NCBI GenBank assembly: GCA_050123235.1
Contig: JASFHL010000006.1
Location: 1,707 to 65,706 of the forward strand
Reading direction: 5' to 3'
Length of the DNA stretch: 64,000 bases
From: Candidatus Woesebacteria bacterium
Lineage (GTDB): Bacteria; Patescibacteriota; Microgenomatia; UBA1400; PJMF01
Made by a program: the position numbers and the translations under genes. The notes beneath the pieces were generated by a model. The model saw nothing but the letters and a program-made list of their open reading frames with translations, did no database searches and was not told where the DNA came from. This document shows, piece after piece, positions 29,512 to 39,656 of the stretch. Numbering within the stretch: the first letter of the stretch is position 1; each line of letters starts with the position of its first letter.

Positions 29512-30987
29512 ATGTCTGATCAATATTTCTATCTCACCACCACCTTACCGTATGTCAATGCTTCACCACATATTGGTTTTGGTTTAGAAATTACTGAAGC
29601 TGATGTGATTGCCAGATATATGATGATGAAACTTGGTGAAAGAAATGTGTTTTTCAATACTGGGACTGATGAACATGGGCAAAAAATCTATCAAAAAGCA
29701 ATGGAGGCAAAATTAGATCCTCAAAAATATTGTGATCAATATGCAGCTAAATTCGCTGATCTAAAAAAACAGCTCAATCTTAAATACAATCATTTTATTA
29801 GAACCACTGAGCAGCATCACGTTAAAGCTGCTCAAGAGTTTTGGCGTCGTTGTCAAAAAAATGCTGATATTTACAAAAAACTTTATAAAATAAAATACTG
29901 TGTTGGCTGTGAGTTAGAAAAAACTGACAGTGAGCTGCTTGATGGTAAATGCCAGTTACACCCTAATCGTGACTTAGAAATTAGAGAAGAGGAAAATTAT
30001 TTTTTTAGATTTTCAAAATATCAACAAGCTTTATTAGATCTTTATCAACAACAACCTCATTTTGTCAAACCAGTAAGCAAGATGAAAGAAATTATTAGTT
30101 TTGTAAAACAAGGTCTGCAAGACTTCAGTATTTCTAGATTAAAATCAAAAATGCCTTGGGGCATCCCAGTACCAGGAGATAAAGAACATGTGATGTATGT
30201 TTGGTTCGATGCCTTGATTAACTATATTTCTACTATTGGCTGGCCAGATGATACTGATAGTTTTAGAAAATATTGGCCAGGTTTGCCAGAATCAGAAACA
30301 CTAGCACCAGAAAAAATTTCTTGCATTCAACTAGCTGGTAAAGATAATCTTCGCCAGCAATCGGCCATGTGGCAAGCAATGTTACTCTCAGCTGGCTTGC
30401 CAACTACCCAGCAAATTTTAATTAATGGCTTTATTAGCATTGATGGTCAAAAAATGAGTAAATCTTTGGGTAATGTCATCTCCCCAAAACAAATGGTGGA
30501 GCGTTATGGGACTGATGCCACTAGATATCTTTTAATTTCATTAGGTGCTTTTAGCAGTGATATGGATGTTAATTGGGATAAGTTTGATAACAAATACACT
30601 GCTGATTTGACAAATGGCTTAGGTAACTTATGTTCCAGAGTGGCTAAGATGTGTGAGAAGGCGGGAATCGGATCAGTGGAGGCAAAAATCAAACTTAACG
30701 CTAATTATGAACAGGCTATGACTAATTTTGAACTTAATGATGCTCTAAGTGAAACTATGCTTTTAATTAGTAAAGAAGATCAATTTCTCAGTGAAGCTAA
30801 GCCATGGCAATTAGCGGGTGAAGATCAGGCCTTAATATTAGCTAATTCTGCTACTAATATCCTCACTATCGCTCATCATCTCCAGCCTTTTATGCCAGAA
30901 ACAGCTCAAAAAATCTTAGATCACTTTAACAAGAAAAAAATAGTTGCACTTAAAGCACTTTTTCCTAGATTAAAGCAATCTAAATAA
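29512..30987 (+). CDS. metG: Methionine--tRNA ligase (short form)
   Basis: PYVN..PHIG, GTDEHGQK, YCVGCE, YVWFDAL, KMSKSLGN. Confidence 0.97.
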   Translation: MSDQYFYLTTTLPYVNASPHIGFGLEITEADVIARYMMMKLGERNVFFNTGTDEHGQKIYQKAMEAKLDPQKYCDQYAAKFADLKKQLNLKYNHFIRTTEQHHVKAAQEFWRRCQKNADIYKKLYKIKYCVGCELEKTDSELLDGKCQLHPNRDLEIREEENYFFRFSKYQQALLDLYQQQPHFVKPVSKMKEIISFVKQGLQDFSISRLKSKMPWGIPVPGDKEHVMYVWFDALINYISTIGWPDDTDSFRKYWPGLPESETLAPEKISCIQLAGKDNLRQQSAMWQAMLLSAGLPTTQQILINGFISIDGQKMSKSLGNVISPKQMVERYGTDATRYLLISLGAFSSDMDVNWDKFDNKYTADLTNGLGNLCSRVAKMCEKAGIGSVEAKIKLNANYEQAMTNFELNDALSETMLLISKEDQFLSEAKPWQLAGEDQALILANSATNILTIAHHLQPFMPETAQKILDHFNKKKIVALKALFPRLKQSK

Positions 30988-31820
30988 TGCAAATTATTGA
31001 TACTCACTGCCACTACAACTTAGAACCATTGTATTCTGGTCAAGTTGCTCATTTTAAACTAAACCCCGACCATGCTCTAAGAAAAATGACTTGGCAAGAT
31101 CACTGGCGAAAAGCTAAAAAAAAAGGCGTAGTTAAATCTATTGTAGTTGGATCTGATCTTAATTCTAGTGACAAGGCTCTTGAAATCGCCAGCCAAGATA
31201 AAAATCTATATGCTGCCATTGGGCTTCACCCCCACGAGGCCAGCCTAGAGAGGCAAATTGATTTGGATCAAAAATTAAAAAAAATGGTTCTTAATTCTAA
31301 TGTAATTGCTATTGGTGAAACTGGGCTAGATTATTTTCATTTACAAAAAAATAGGACAAAAATTATTAAAAAGCAAGAAGATTTATTTATCAAACAAATT
31401 GAACTAGCTAATGAATTAAAACTCTCTCTAATTATTCATTGTCGCGATAGAGAAAAAAAGGCTTATCAAGATTTACTAGCCATTCTCAAAGCTCATACTC
31501 CTGAAAAAAGCTTTATCCTTCATTGTATTTCTGGATCATTAGATTATATTAAACAAGCTCTATCAATGGGCGCTTATTTGGGTGTAGCAGCTAATGTGAC
31601 TTACAAAAATGCAAACTCAATTAGAGAAATTGTCAAATATAGCCCCAATGATCGTTTATTAATAGAAACAGATGCTCCATATTTAGCACCTGAAAAATTT
31701 AGAGCCCAAGTGTGCGAGCCATGGATGATTGTTGAAACAGCTAAATTCTTACAAATTGAGTTTAAAATTGAGCCAGAGCAACTTTATAGTAATTCTATTA
31801 AGGCGTTCAGTTTAGTTTGA
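30987..31820 (+). CDS. tatD: TatD-family deoxyribonuclease
   Basis: IDTHCH, GLHPH, IGETGLD, IHCR, LHC, ETDAPYL. Confidence 0.94.
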   Translation: MQIIDTHCHYNLEPLYSGQVAHFKLNPDHALRKMTWQDHWRKAKKKGVVKSIVVGSDLNSSDKALEIASQDKNLYAAIGLHPHEASLERQIDLDQKLKKMVLNSNVIAIGETGLDYFHLQKNRTKIIKKQEDLFIKQIELANELKLSLIIHCRDREKKAYQDLLAILKAHTPEKSFILHCISGSLDYIKQALSMGAYLGVAANVTYKNANSIREIVKYSPNDRLLIETDAPYLAPEKFRAQVCEPWMIVETAKFLQIEFKIEPEQLYSNSIKAFSLV

Positions 31821-31916
31821 TAAGCTTAATTTTGATTCGACTCCAAAATTCATCTATAGTAAATATAACTTTATCCTAAGTAAGATATAATAAATTAAGC
31901 TTATCAAACTAAACTT

Positions 31917-33413
31917 ATGATTAAACGATATTTCCGCCGTCATCCGATCCGCACTCAACGCGCATTAGAAATCATACCAGGATTTTTTTCTTGGTCTTTA
32001 ATTTTATTTCCTATCTGGGGATCATTCCTTATTCCCACTGTTGTAGCATATTATGTGATCACTTTTGCTGTTTATTGGCTTTATCGCTCTGCTATCTTAG
32101 CTATTTTATCAATCATTGCTCATTTTAAAATTCAAGCTTCCAAAAAATTTGATTGGATTGCTGATCTTAAACAGAGTTATCCTAAAACTTGGGATAGTAT
32201 TCAGCATCTAATTATTATTCCTACTTACCGAGAACCAGAAAGTACTTTAGAAAAAACTTTGGATGCTCTTACCCGACAGTCTTATCCTCGGAAAAATATC
32301 CATATTATGATTTCGTTTGAAGAAAGAGAAGGAGCTGAAGGTAAGGACAAAGCAAAATATCTTAAAAACAAGTTTAAAAACAAATTTGGCAATTTGTGGA
32401 CTACTTTTCATCCTGATATCAAAGGGGAAGTAAAAGGAAAATCATCTAATACCTGTTGGGGTGCTAAAAGAGCTAAAGAATTGTTGATTGATAAAGCAAA
32501 ATTTCCAATTGAAAAAACCACCATTACCAGTGAAGATGCAGATGCTCGTTTCCATCATCATTATTTTGCTAATCTAAGCTATGAATTCTTATCACAAAAA
32601 AACCCACATAATAAAGTCTGGCAAGGAGGCATTGTTTTTTACAATAATATCTGGCAAGTTCCAGCTCCAATCCGGGTGATGGCTTCAATTTTCTCAGTTA
32701 CCCAAATTTATATTTTGATGAGAAAAGATCGTTTGATTAATTTTTCCACCTATTCTACTAGCCTCAAACACGTAGTGGAAATTGGTTATTGGGATACCGA
32801 TGTTATTCCCGAAGATTACCGCTTCTTTTTCAAATCTTATTTTGCCAAAAAAGGCCAATTTGATGTTGAACCGATCTTTTTACCAATCAATGCTGATGCA
32901 GCTGAAGCTAAAGGCACTTTCAGAGCTTTTAAAAATCAATATGAACAGCTTAAACGTTGGGCTTGGGGAGTAAGCGATGATGCTTATATAATTAGGCAGT
33001 ATATTTTAACTGAAGGTATTCCTTTTTGGGATAAAACTGTCAGAGTTCTAAAAGTAATTGAAGATCACTTTTTATGGCCAGTCAATTGGTTTGCCATTAC
33101 TATCTCAGCAACTCTGCCACCATTACTGAATGATAAGTTTAATCGCACCATTTTGGGTAAAACTCTACCACAGGTAACTTCAGCTTTACTCACAATGTCT
33201 TTGCTCTCTATGGTGGTAGTCTTTTTGATAGATGCTAGGAACAGACCTCCTCGACCCAACAAATACAACCCACTTTCCTATATTTTTCAACCTTTAGAAT
33301 TTTTAATGTTGCCAATTATTGGCTTTTTCTTTTCTGCATTGCCAGGGCTTGATGCTCACACTAGGTTGATGTTGGGAAAATATATTGAATATAAAGTGAC
33401 GGAGAAGGTTTAA
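31917..33413 (+). CDS. Processive GT2 membrane glycosyltransferase (cellulose synthase-like)
   Basis: PTYRE, KGKSSN, DAD, PED, QLKRW; flanking TM helices. Confidence 0.88.
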   Translation: MIKRYFRRHPIRTQRALEIIPGFFSWSLILFPIWGSFLIPTVVAYYVITFAVYWLYRSAILAILSIIAHFKIQASKKFDWIADLKQSYPKTWDSIQHLIIIPTYREPESTLEKTLDALTRQSYPRKNIHIMISFEEREGAEGKDKAKYLKNKFKNKFGNLWTTFHPDIKGEVKGKSSNTCWGAKRAKELLIDKAKFPIEKTTITSEDADARFHHHYFANLSYEFLSQKNPHNKVWQGGIVFYNNIWQVPAPIRVMASIFSVTQIYILMRKDRLINFSTYSTSLKHVVEIGYWDTDVIPEDYRFFFKSYFAKKGQFDVEPIFLPINADAAEAKGTFRAFKNQYEQLKRWAWGVSDDAYIIRQYILTEGIPFWDKTVRVLKVIEDHFLWPVNWFAITISATLPPLLNDKFNRTILGKTLPQVTSALLTMSLLSMVVVFLIDARNRPPRPNKYNPLSYIFQPLEFLMLPIIGFFFSALPGLDAHTRLMLGKYIEYKVTEKV

Positions 33414-33514
33414 AAAATTGCCACTAAAGTTTTGATATGTAAAATAAGAAATTAAATCATTATTTTCTTCTAATTAATCTAGCAATCACAAACAAAAACA
33501 GCTAAAATGATTTT

Positions 33515-35185
33515 ATGCTCAAATTTTTGAAAAAAGTTGATAAGACTCTTGACAGAGAAATTCCTTTATTTTTATTAATACTACTTTTGATTATTTTACG
33601 ATTACCAAATTTTTTTGAACCTTATTGGTATGGCGATGAAGCTATTTATCTCACTATTGGTAATGCTCTGCGTTTTGGCGAAAAACTATATACGGATATT
33701 ATTGATCATAAAACTCCAATTATTTATTTTCTGGCAAAAGTACCTAATCAACTTAGTTTTAGATTTCTTAATCTTTTATGGACGGCTCTTGCTACGGTTT
33801 CTTTTTATTTTTTAGCAAAAAAAATATTTAAAAAAAAATCATTATCTTTTTTTAGCACTCTTATTTTTGTCCTGCTAACTAGTTTACCTTGGTTTGAAGG
33901 TTATATCCCTAATGGTGAGTTATTTGTAATTGGTTTTGTTATGGCTGGAGCATACTTACTTAGTAACACTAATTATTTCAATAATTTCCTTAAAGGCAAA
34001 ATAATTAAAACAAAACAACTTGTCCAATCAAAAAAATCAGCAAGTAAAAAAAATCAGCGATCTCTTTTCACTTTAATCAAAAACAAAAAAGAAGAATTAT
34101 TAATTTTTATAGCTGGCTGTTTTTTTGCTTTAGCTATTTTAACTAAAGTACCAGCTTTACTAGACTTTGCGGCTTTTATGGCAATTGCCTGGTTCAGTTT
34201 AGTAAATACTTTCTCTTTTTCACCAAAAAAACTTAAAAACTGGAAAAAACAACTCTTACCACAATTAAAAAAATTTTTCATTCTTCTAGCCGGAGTGCTC
34301 ACTCCTATTTTACTTTCAGTCATTTATTTTGCTAGCAAAGGCTCAGCTAAAGATTATTTAGATTTTGGTTTACTTTATAACTTTAGATATGCCAGCTCCT
34401 GGCAATTAAATTTTACTAACCCAGTGCTTATTTTTGCTTTTAGTTTAAAAGGCAAACTTATTTTACTCAGCTTATTGTTTTTCTTACTTAGTTTTGCTAA
34501 AAAATTAATCACTCCCAAAGCTCAACTTTTGATAGCTTGGTTTGCGCTGTCTCTGTTTGCCAGCCTTTTGTCAAATCGACCATATCCCCATTATTTTTTA
34601 CAAATCATGCCAGCCTTTTCTTTACTAATTATTTATTTACTTTATTCTCTGCTCAAAATCTATCAGACAAAGAAAAAATCATTAGTAAATATTGTGGAAA
34701 TTAGCTTAGCTAGTTTATTAATCTTAATTGCTTTTGCTAGCATGAAGCTGCTGAAATTAGGTCTCCATCCTGTAAAAACTTATTATCAAAATTTCTATTT
34801 ATATGCCACTAGAAAACTTTCAGAAGAAGATTATTATCAAAGCTTTAACAATTTGATGAGAGACAATTACAAAGCTAGCAAAATTATTCAAGACAAAGCT
34901 GAGAAAAGAATTTTCATTTGGGGTAACAACCCAATGCTCTATGCTCATTCAAAAACTATTCCTACTGGTCGCTTTACGGTAGCCTTTCACATTAAAGATT
35001 TTAACGCTTACCGTGAAACCATGGATGGAATTAAAAAACATCAACCTAAGATCATAGTTGTCATGAAAGACGAACAAGACCCTTTTCCAGAATTTTATCG
35101 CTATCTATACCGTTTCTACAAACTTAAGTATAATTTAGAGTATATGTTTATTTTTGAAAAAGTAGATCAACCGGAATCAAAATGA
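33515..35185 (+). CDS. GT-C (ArnT/PMT-like) polyprenol-phosphate-sugar glycosyltransferase
   Basis: GDE..Y, LY.D..DHK.P, many TMs, YPHYFLQ, C-terminal external domain. Confidence 0.85.
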   Translation: MLKFLKKVDKTLDREIPLFLLILLLIILRLPNFFEPYWYGDEAIYLTIGNALRFGEKLYTDIIDHKTPIIYFLAKVPNQLSFRFLNLLWTALATVSFYFLAKKIFKKKSLSFFSTLIFVLLTSLPWFEGYIPNGELFVIGFVMAGAYLLSNTNYFNNFLKGKIIKTKQLVQSKKSASKKNQRSLFTLIKNKKEELLIFIAGCFFALAILTKVPALLDFAAFMAIAWFSLVNTFSFSPKKLKNWKKQLLPQLKKFFILLAGVLTPILLSVIYFASKGSAKDYLDFGLLYNFRYASSWQLNFTNPVLIFAFSLKGKLILLSLLFFLLSFAKKLITPKAQLLIAWFALSLFASLLSNRPYPHYFLQIMPAFSLLIIYLLYSLLKIYQTKKKSLVNIVEISLASLLILIAFASMKLLKLGLHPVKTYYQNFYLYATRKLSEEDYYQSFNNLMRDNYKASKIIQDKAEKRIFIWGNNPMLYAHSKTIPTGRFTVAFHIKDFNAYRETMDGIKKHQPKIIVVMKDEQDPFPEFYRYLYRFYKLKYNLEYMFIFEKVDQPESK

Positions 35186-35553
35186 GCTCAAAAAACCACG
35201 TGAGAAAAAACAGACTAGCAAAAACTATTCCTCAATTTATTAAAACACCAATCCTCCTTAGTTTTTCTTTAACTATTATTTTGCTAATAGTTTGTTTAGC
35301 TTTTTATCCTAAATTACAAGCAGAAATTCCATTTTTCTATTCAGTGGCAGAACCCCAGAAACAGCTAGCTCATAAAAATTTTATTTTTCTTTTTCCAAGT
35401 CTATCACTTATTTTTAATTTAGTGGCTTTAATTTTAATCAAAGTTTTTTCCCAATTAGAAAAAATAATTGTCAAGTTTTTCGTTTTTATGAATCTAGTTT
35501 TCCAGATTATAATAGCTATGTTAGTATTTAGATTAATCTTAATTATCGGCTAG
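35182..35553 (+). CDS. Small 3-TM membrane protein
   Basis: Three hydrophobic helices, IPFFYS loop; coupled to neighbours. Confidence 0.7.
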   Translation: MSSKNHVRKNRLAKTIPQFIKTPILLSFSLTIILLIVCLAFYPKLQAEIPFFYSVAEPQKQLAHKNFIFLFPSLSLIFNLVALILIKVFSQLEKIIVKFFVFMNLVFQIIIAMLVFRLILIIG

Positions 35554-35555
35554 CT

Positions 35556-36623
35556 ATGATAGCTTTTTTACTCAGCACCGTTATTGCTCTTTTTCTAGCT
35601 CCAGTGATTATCAAAATTTATAGCAGGCAAGATTGGATCGATGATCCCCGAAAAAGTAAACATGTTAAAAAAACTCATCAAGAACCTGTCCCAAGAGGAG
35701 GAGGAATAGTTATTTTTATAGCTATTTTGATTGCTGCATTGCTACTTTTACAAATTGATAAATATTTAATTGCCATTCTTCTTGGAGCATTAATTTTGAC
35801 TATTGTTGGCACTTTAGATGATATTTTGAATTTACATCCTGTGATTAGATTAGTTGCTGGTTTGATAGCTGCTTTACTGGTAGTCGGATCTGGTATTGGT
35901 ATTGCTTATGTTAGCCATCCTTTTACAGAAGGAGTGATTCATCTTAACCAAGCTCAAATTAGTCTTTTCCTTTTTAATAAAGTACGAACAATCTGGATTT
36001 TAGCTGATATTTTTGCCTTAATCTTTATTGTCTGGAACATGAATATTATTAATTGGTCAAAAGGAGTGGATGGACAATTACCTGGCTTTGTGAGCATGGC
36101 TGCGATTTTTATTGGAATCCTTTCTTACCGTTTTGTTGATGATCCTACTCAATTTAACACTGCCAATCTCAGTTTTATTGTGGCAGGTGCATTTTTTGGT
36201 TTTTTATTTTGGAATTGGTATCCACAAAAAATAATGCCAGGTTATGGTGCAGGTTCTCTAGCTGGCTATTTTCTCAGCATTCTCAGTATTTTATCTGGTG
36301 CTAAAGTTGCTACTACTTTAATGGTTCTTGCTATCCCTACTGCAGACGGTATTTTTACTATTTTAAGAAGAATCCTAGCTGGTAAATCACCTTTATGGGG
36401 AGATCGTGGTCATTTACATCACAAGCTGATGGATGTTCTTGGTTGGGGACGACGCAGAATAGCTGTCTTTTACTGGATGAGCAGCTTATTAATGGGTATA
36501 CTATCACTATATTTACAAACAAAGGCTAAGATCTTTGCTATTTTACTGGCATTAACTTTTGTTTTTAGCTTTCATATTTGGGTTAAAATTAAAAGTAAAA
36601 ATAAACAGTATTTAATTAATTAA
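35556..36623 (+). CDS. WecA/TagO (MraY-family) undecaprenyl-phosphate HexNAc-1-phosphate transferase
   Basis: PVPRGGG, GTLDD, N...GVDG, N.YP.KI, DRGHLHH. Confidence 0.9.
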   Translation: MIAFLLSTVIALFLAPVIIKIYSRQDWIDDPRKSKHVKKTHQEPVPRGGGIVIFIAILIAALLLLQIDKYLIAILLGALILTIVGTLDDILNLHPVIRLVAGLIAALLVVGSGIGIAYVSHPFTEGVIHLNQAQISLFLFNKVRTIWILADIFALIFIVWNMNIINWSKGVDGQLPGFVSMAAIFIGILSYRFVDDPTQFNTANLSFIVAGAFFGFLFWNWYPQKIMPGYGAGSLAGYFLSILSILSGAKVATTLMVLAIPTADGIFTILRRILAGKSPLWGDRGHLHHKLMDVLGWGRRRIAVFYWMSSLLMGILSLYLQTKAKIFAILLALTFVFSFHIWVKIKSKNKQYLIN

Positions 36624-36630
36624 AATCAAT

Positions 36631-37596
36631 ATGAAGTTCCAAAAATTTCACATTCTATATCTGATTCTTAAATCAGCTCGTCCTAGACAATGGATCAAAA
36701 ATGTAGCTCTTTTTGCACCTTTGGTCTTTTCTGGCTTTTTCTTTTATACCCCAGAAGATGGTATACCTTACTTTTTCACCATTCTTTATGCTTCAATAAT
36801 TTTTTGTATTCTCACTTCAGCTATTTATATTATCAATGACATTATTGATTTAAAAGCAGATCGCAAACATCCTTTTAAGAAAAAAAGACCAATCGCTTCA
36901 GGTGAATTACCAGTGCCAGTGGCTAGTTTTACTGCTATTTCTAGTTTAATTCTGGTGCTTTTTTTATCAATGGGCTTACCGTTTTTCTTTAAATTAATGA
37001 TTTTCTTTTATTTCATCCTGCAATTACTTTATGCCAAAAAAACCAAGCACATTCCTATCTTGGATGTGATTTCTATAGCCACTGGCTTTCTAATCAGAAT
37101 TTATGCTGGAGCTGTGGTGGTGAGTAACTTGCATATGAGTGTTTGGTTTTTATTAACAGTAGTTTCAGCATCACTGTTTTTGGCAGTAGGTAAACGACAA
37201 AGTGAACGAACTCTTCTTAGCAAAGAAAATTTGGGCTACACCAGGAAAACTCTTAGACATTATAGCCAGCGATTATTAGATCAGTATACTGGCATGTTTG
37301 CTAATGCCACTTGGCTAAGTTATTCTTTGTTTGCTTTCCAAAATAATACATCAAATATGACCCCTGCTTATGAGAGGTTTCCCGAATTATATGTGCTCCT
37401 ACCTAGAGCTTTGCAATCACAAAAACTATTGATGTTGACTATTCCTTTTGTGATTTTTGGAGTGATGCGTTATTTACAACTGATTTATGAAGAAAATCAT
37501 GGTGAATCTCCAGAATTAGTTCTACTAAGAGATAAAACTTTATTAACTACTGTTTTCAGTTTTGGCATTGCTGTGATGCTAATTATTTATTTATGA
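36631..37596 (+). CDS. UbiA-family polyprenyl-phosphate phosphoribosyltransferase (DPPR synthase-like)
   Basis: RPRQWIKN, NDIID...DRKHP.KK.RPIASG, KR..E. Confidence 0.88.
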   Translation: MKFQKFHILYLILKSARPRQWIKNVALFAPLVFSGFFFYTPEDGIPYFFTILYASIIFCILTSAIYIINDIIDLKADRKHPFKKKRPIASGELPVPVASFTAISSLILVLFLSMGLPFFFKLMIFFYFILQLLYAKKTKHIPILDVISIATGFLIRIYAGAVVVSNLHMSVWFLLTVVSASLFLAVGKRQSERTLLSKENLGYTRKTLRHYSQRLLDQYTGMFANATWLSYSLFAFQNNTSNMTPAYERFPELYVLLPRALQSQKLLMLTIPFVIFGVMRYLQLIYEENHGESPELVLLRDKTLLTTVFSFGIAVMLIIYL

Positions 37597-37782
37597 AAAG
37601 ATGAATTGTCTGGTAAAAAACCTCAACCAAGTTCTATAAGCTACTAGCAATACTCCTTAAAACCATCATTTTGATACAATTAATTTTTAATATATAATAA
37701 GTATGTATTAATGAATGTTTTTTTAATTAATCAATACAAACTATTAATAAAAACTGCCAGCCCCCAAAAAATATAAATTTTT

Positions 37783-38679
37783 ATGAAAGAAAGAGGTTTA
37801 GAAATAAAAACCCTATTTGATTGTTTAGAGTATATTCAAGAAGCAAATCTTGAGAGAATTCAGAGCTTAGATCAAGCTGTTGCTTGGTTATTAAGCATCG
37901 CATTTAAATATATAAGCCATATTGAAAAAACTGATGAAAAAATAGCCAAAGAAATGATTCTCCATAAAATAGTTCATACTGGAGAAACAATGGAAGCCAT
38001 GTATGATATTTTATCTAGAGAAGATGCTTTAGATGAATATTTTGAAGCAGCTATGCTAGCTATTATTAGTCATGATGTGGGCAGATTTCCTCAAGTTGCA
38101 AAACACAAGATTATTTCTGATGATAAATCAAGATTTGACCATGCTCAAGCAAGCCATGCAATTCTGACAGGGGAATGGTCAGAACTTATAGCCCCTGTTC
38201 CTTTTGCCAATCATCCAGCTTTTGATGACATAGCTACAGCAATTTTAGAACATAGTAAGTTTAAACCAGCCGTGGAGAGCTTATTAGTCGCATTAGTGAG
38301 AGATGCTGATAAATTAGCTATCTTAAGAGGAATCGTTGAATTCAGTGATCGATTCAAAATGCTTAGGCCGCAATTAACAGAGGCTAGTGAAAGTATAAGT
38401 AGAACTGTAATTGAAAGCTTTTTGGATCCACAATGTGCCACAGTAGTAAACGGAGATGTAGTGACTATAGCTGATGATTTGATAGCAAAATTGGCATTTA
38501 TTTTTGATATTAATTTGCAAGCTACTAAAGATATTTTAGTTGAAGAAGGAATTCTAGATCAAATCATAGCTAAAATTATTGAAGCAGCAGATTTAGATGA
38601 ACTAATAGCAAACAGAATTAGACAAAGAGTAGCTGATTGGAAGAAAGCAGAGCTGCCAACGAAAGACTGGGAGAGTTAA
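37783..38679 (+). CDS. HD-domain phosphohydrolase
   Basis: K..HT, HDVGRF.Q, DHA, EH, RDADKL. Confidence 0.85.
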   Translation: MKERGLEIKTLFDCLEYIQEANLERIQSLDQAVAWLLSIAFKYISHIEKTDEKIAKEMILHKIVHTGETMEAMYDILSREDALDEYFEAAMLAIISHDVGRFPQVAKHKIISDDKSRFDHAQASHAILTGEWSELIAPVPFANHPAFDDIATAILEHSKFKPAVESLLVALVRDADKLAILRGIVEFSDRFKMLRPQLTEASESISRTVIESFLDPQCATVVNGDVVTIADDLIAKLAFIFDINLQATKDILVEEGILDQIIAKIIEAADLDELIANRIRQRVADWKKAELPTKDWES

Positions 38680-38757
38680 GAGATTTGTTGAGCTGGCCTA
38701 AAGATTGTTGATCTTAAGCTGATGTGAAAATTATTGCTAAAAATACAATACTCCTGT

Positions 38758-39342
38758 TTATTCCTCATAAACTCCTGATTTTCTTAAAAATTTAGTCACT
38801 TCCTCCATAGGCAAACCATGAGTAAAAGCAGTGAAAGAGCCACTGATGCTTGCCACTAAGGCCGCGCCAGCTGGGTAGGCTGGGCAAAAGGCCGCTGACC
38901 AAGCTAAAACTGGCTCATTTTGAACATAAGTTTCTATTTCTTCTTCTGTTAAAGGGCGAAACTTTATTTTAATTTTTTTAGTAGTGGCGAAATCAATTTT
39001 ATTTTTTTGATCAAGATAAGCAAAACCCGTATAAGTAAAGAGTTGATTGCCAGATAGAGCTTTGAGCATTTCCCTAGCCTCATCTAAATCACTAGGTTTT
39101 TCCATAATCTTATCTTTGAAAACACAAAAAGTATCTGCTGCCATCACAATTGCTTGAGGGTGTTTTTGAGCGACAAATTCAGCCTTAGCACGAGCGATCT
39201 TTTTTGCCCTAAGCGAAACATTTTTAGCTTGGATAGCCTGCTCATCAATCTCTGCAGGCATGACTTTGAAAGCTAAGTTTAAAGTTTTGAGAATTGCTTG
39301 CCGCTGTTTGGATTGGGAGGCTAGGATGATGTTGGCTTGCAT
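38758..39342 (-). CDS. maf: Maf-family nucleotide pyrophosphatase
   Basis: IILASQS..R, IDE, A..KA, ADT, EKP, LSG, GLP. Confidence 0.92.
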   Translation of the reverse strand: MQANIILASQSKQRQAILKTLNLAFKVMPAEIDEQAIQAKNVSLRAKKIARAKAEFVAQKHPQAIVMAADTFCVFKDKIMEKPSDLDEAREMLKALSGNQLFTYTGFAYLDQKNKIDFATTKKIKIKFRPLTEEEIETYVQNEPVLAWSAAFCPAYPAGAALVASISGSFTAFTHGLPMEEVTKFLRKSGVYEE

Positions 39343-39361
39343 TTTTTAATTATTTTGATCA

Positions 39362-39619
39362 TCAATAATCTTTACCCATTACTCCTGAGTCTGGAACTTG
39401 ATGTCCGTCTTTTCTAGGCCTTGGCTCACCAAGAGCCTCTTCTAAATTACTAAATTCTTCGGCCAGATCAGCTCGCACTTGAGAATCTAATTTGTCAGGT
39501 GCACCATCAAATCTATTATTCTTAAGCCATCTTCTCAAATTTCTCCACCTTACTATCATCAGTGCCCGCGCCCGACTTTTTTGATCTTCAGTTATTTTCA
39601 AAGCTTCGCTTTCACCCAT
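39362..39619 (-). CDS. Hypothetical protein
   Basis: 85-aa ORF with GAAAGGG upstream; fills the gap between galU and maf. Confidence 0.6.
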   Translation of the reverse strand: MGESEALKITEDQKSRARALMIVRWRNLRRWLKNNRFDGAPDKLDSQVRADLAEEFSNLEEALGEPRPRKDGHQVPDSGVMGKDY

Positions 39620-39656
39620 ATTACCCTTTCTTGTTACTAACTAAGAAAAAACCATT

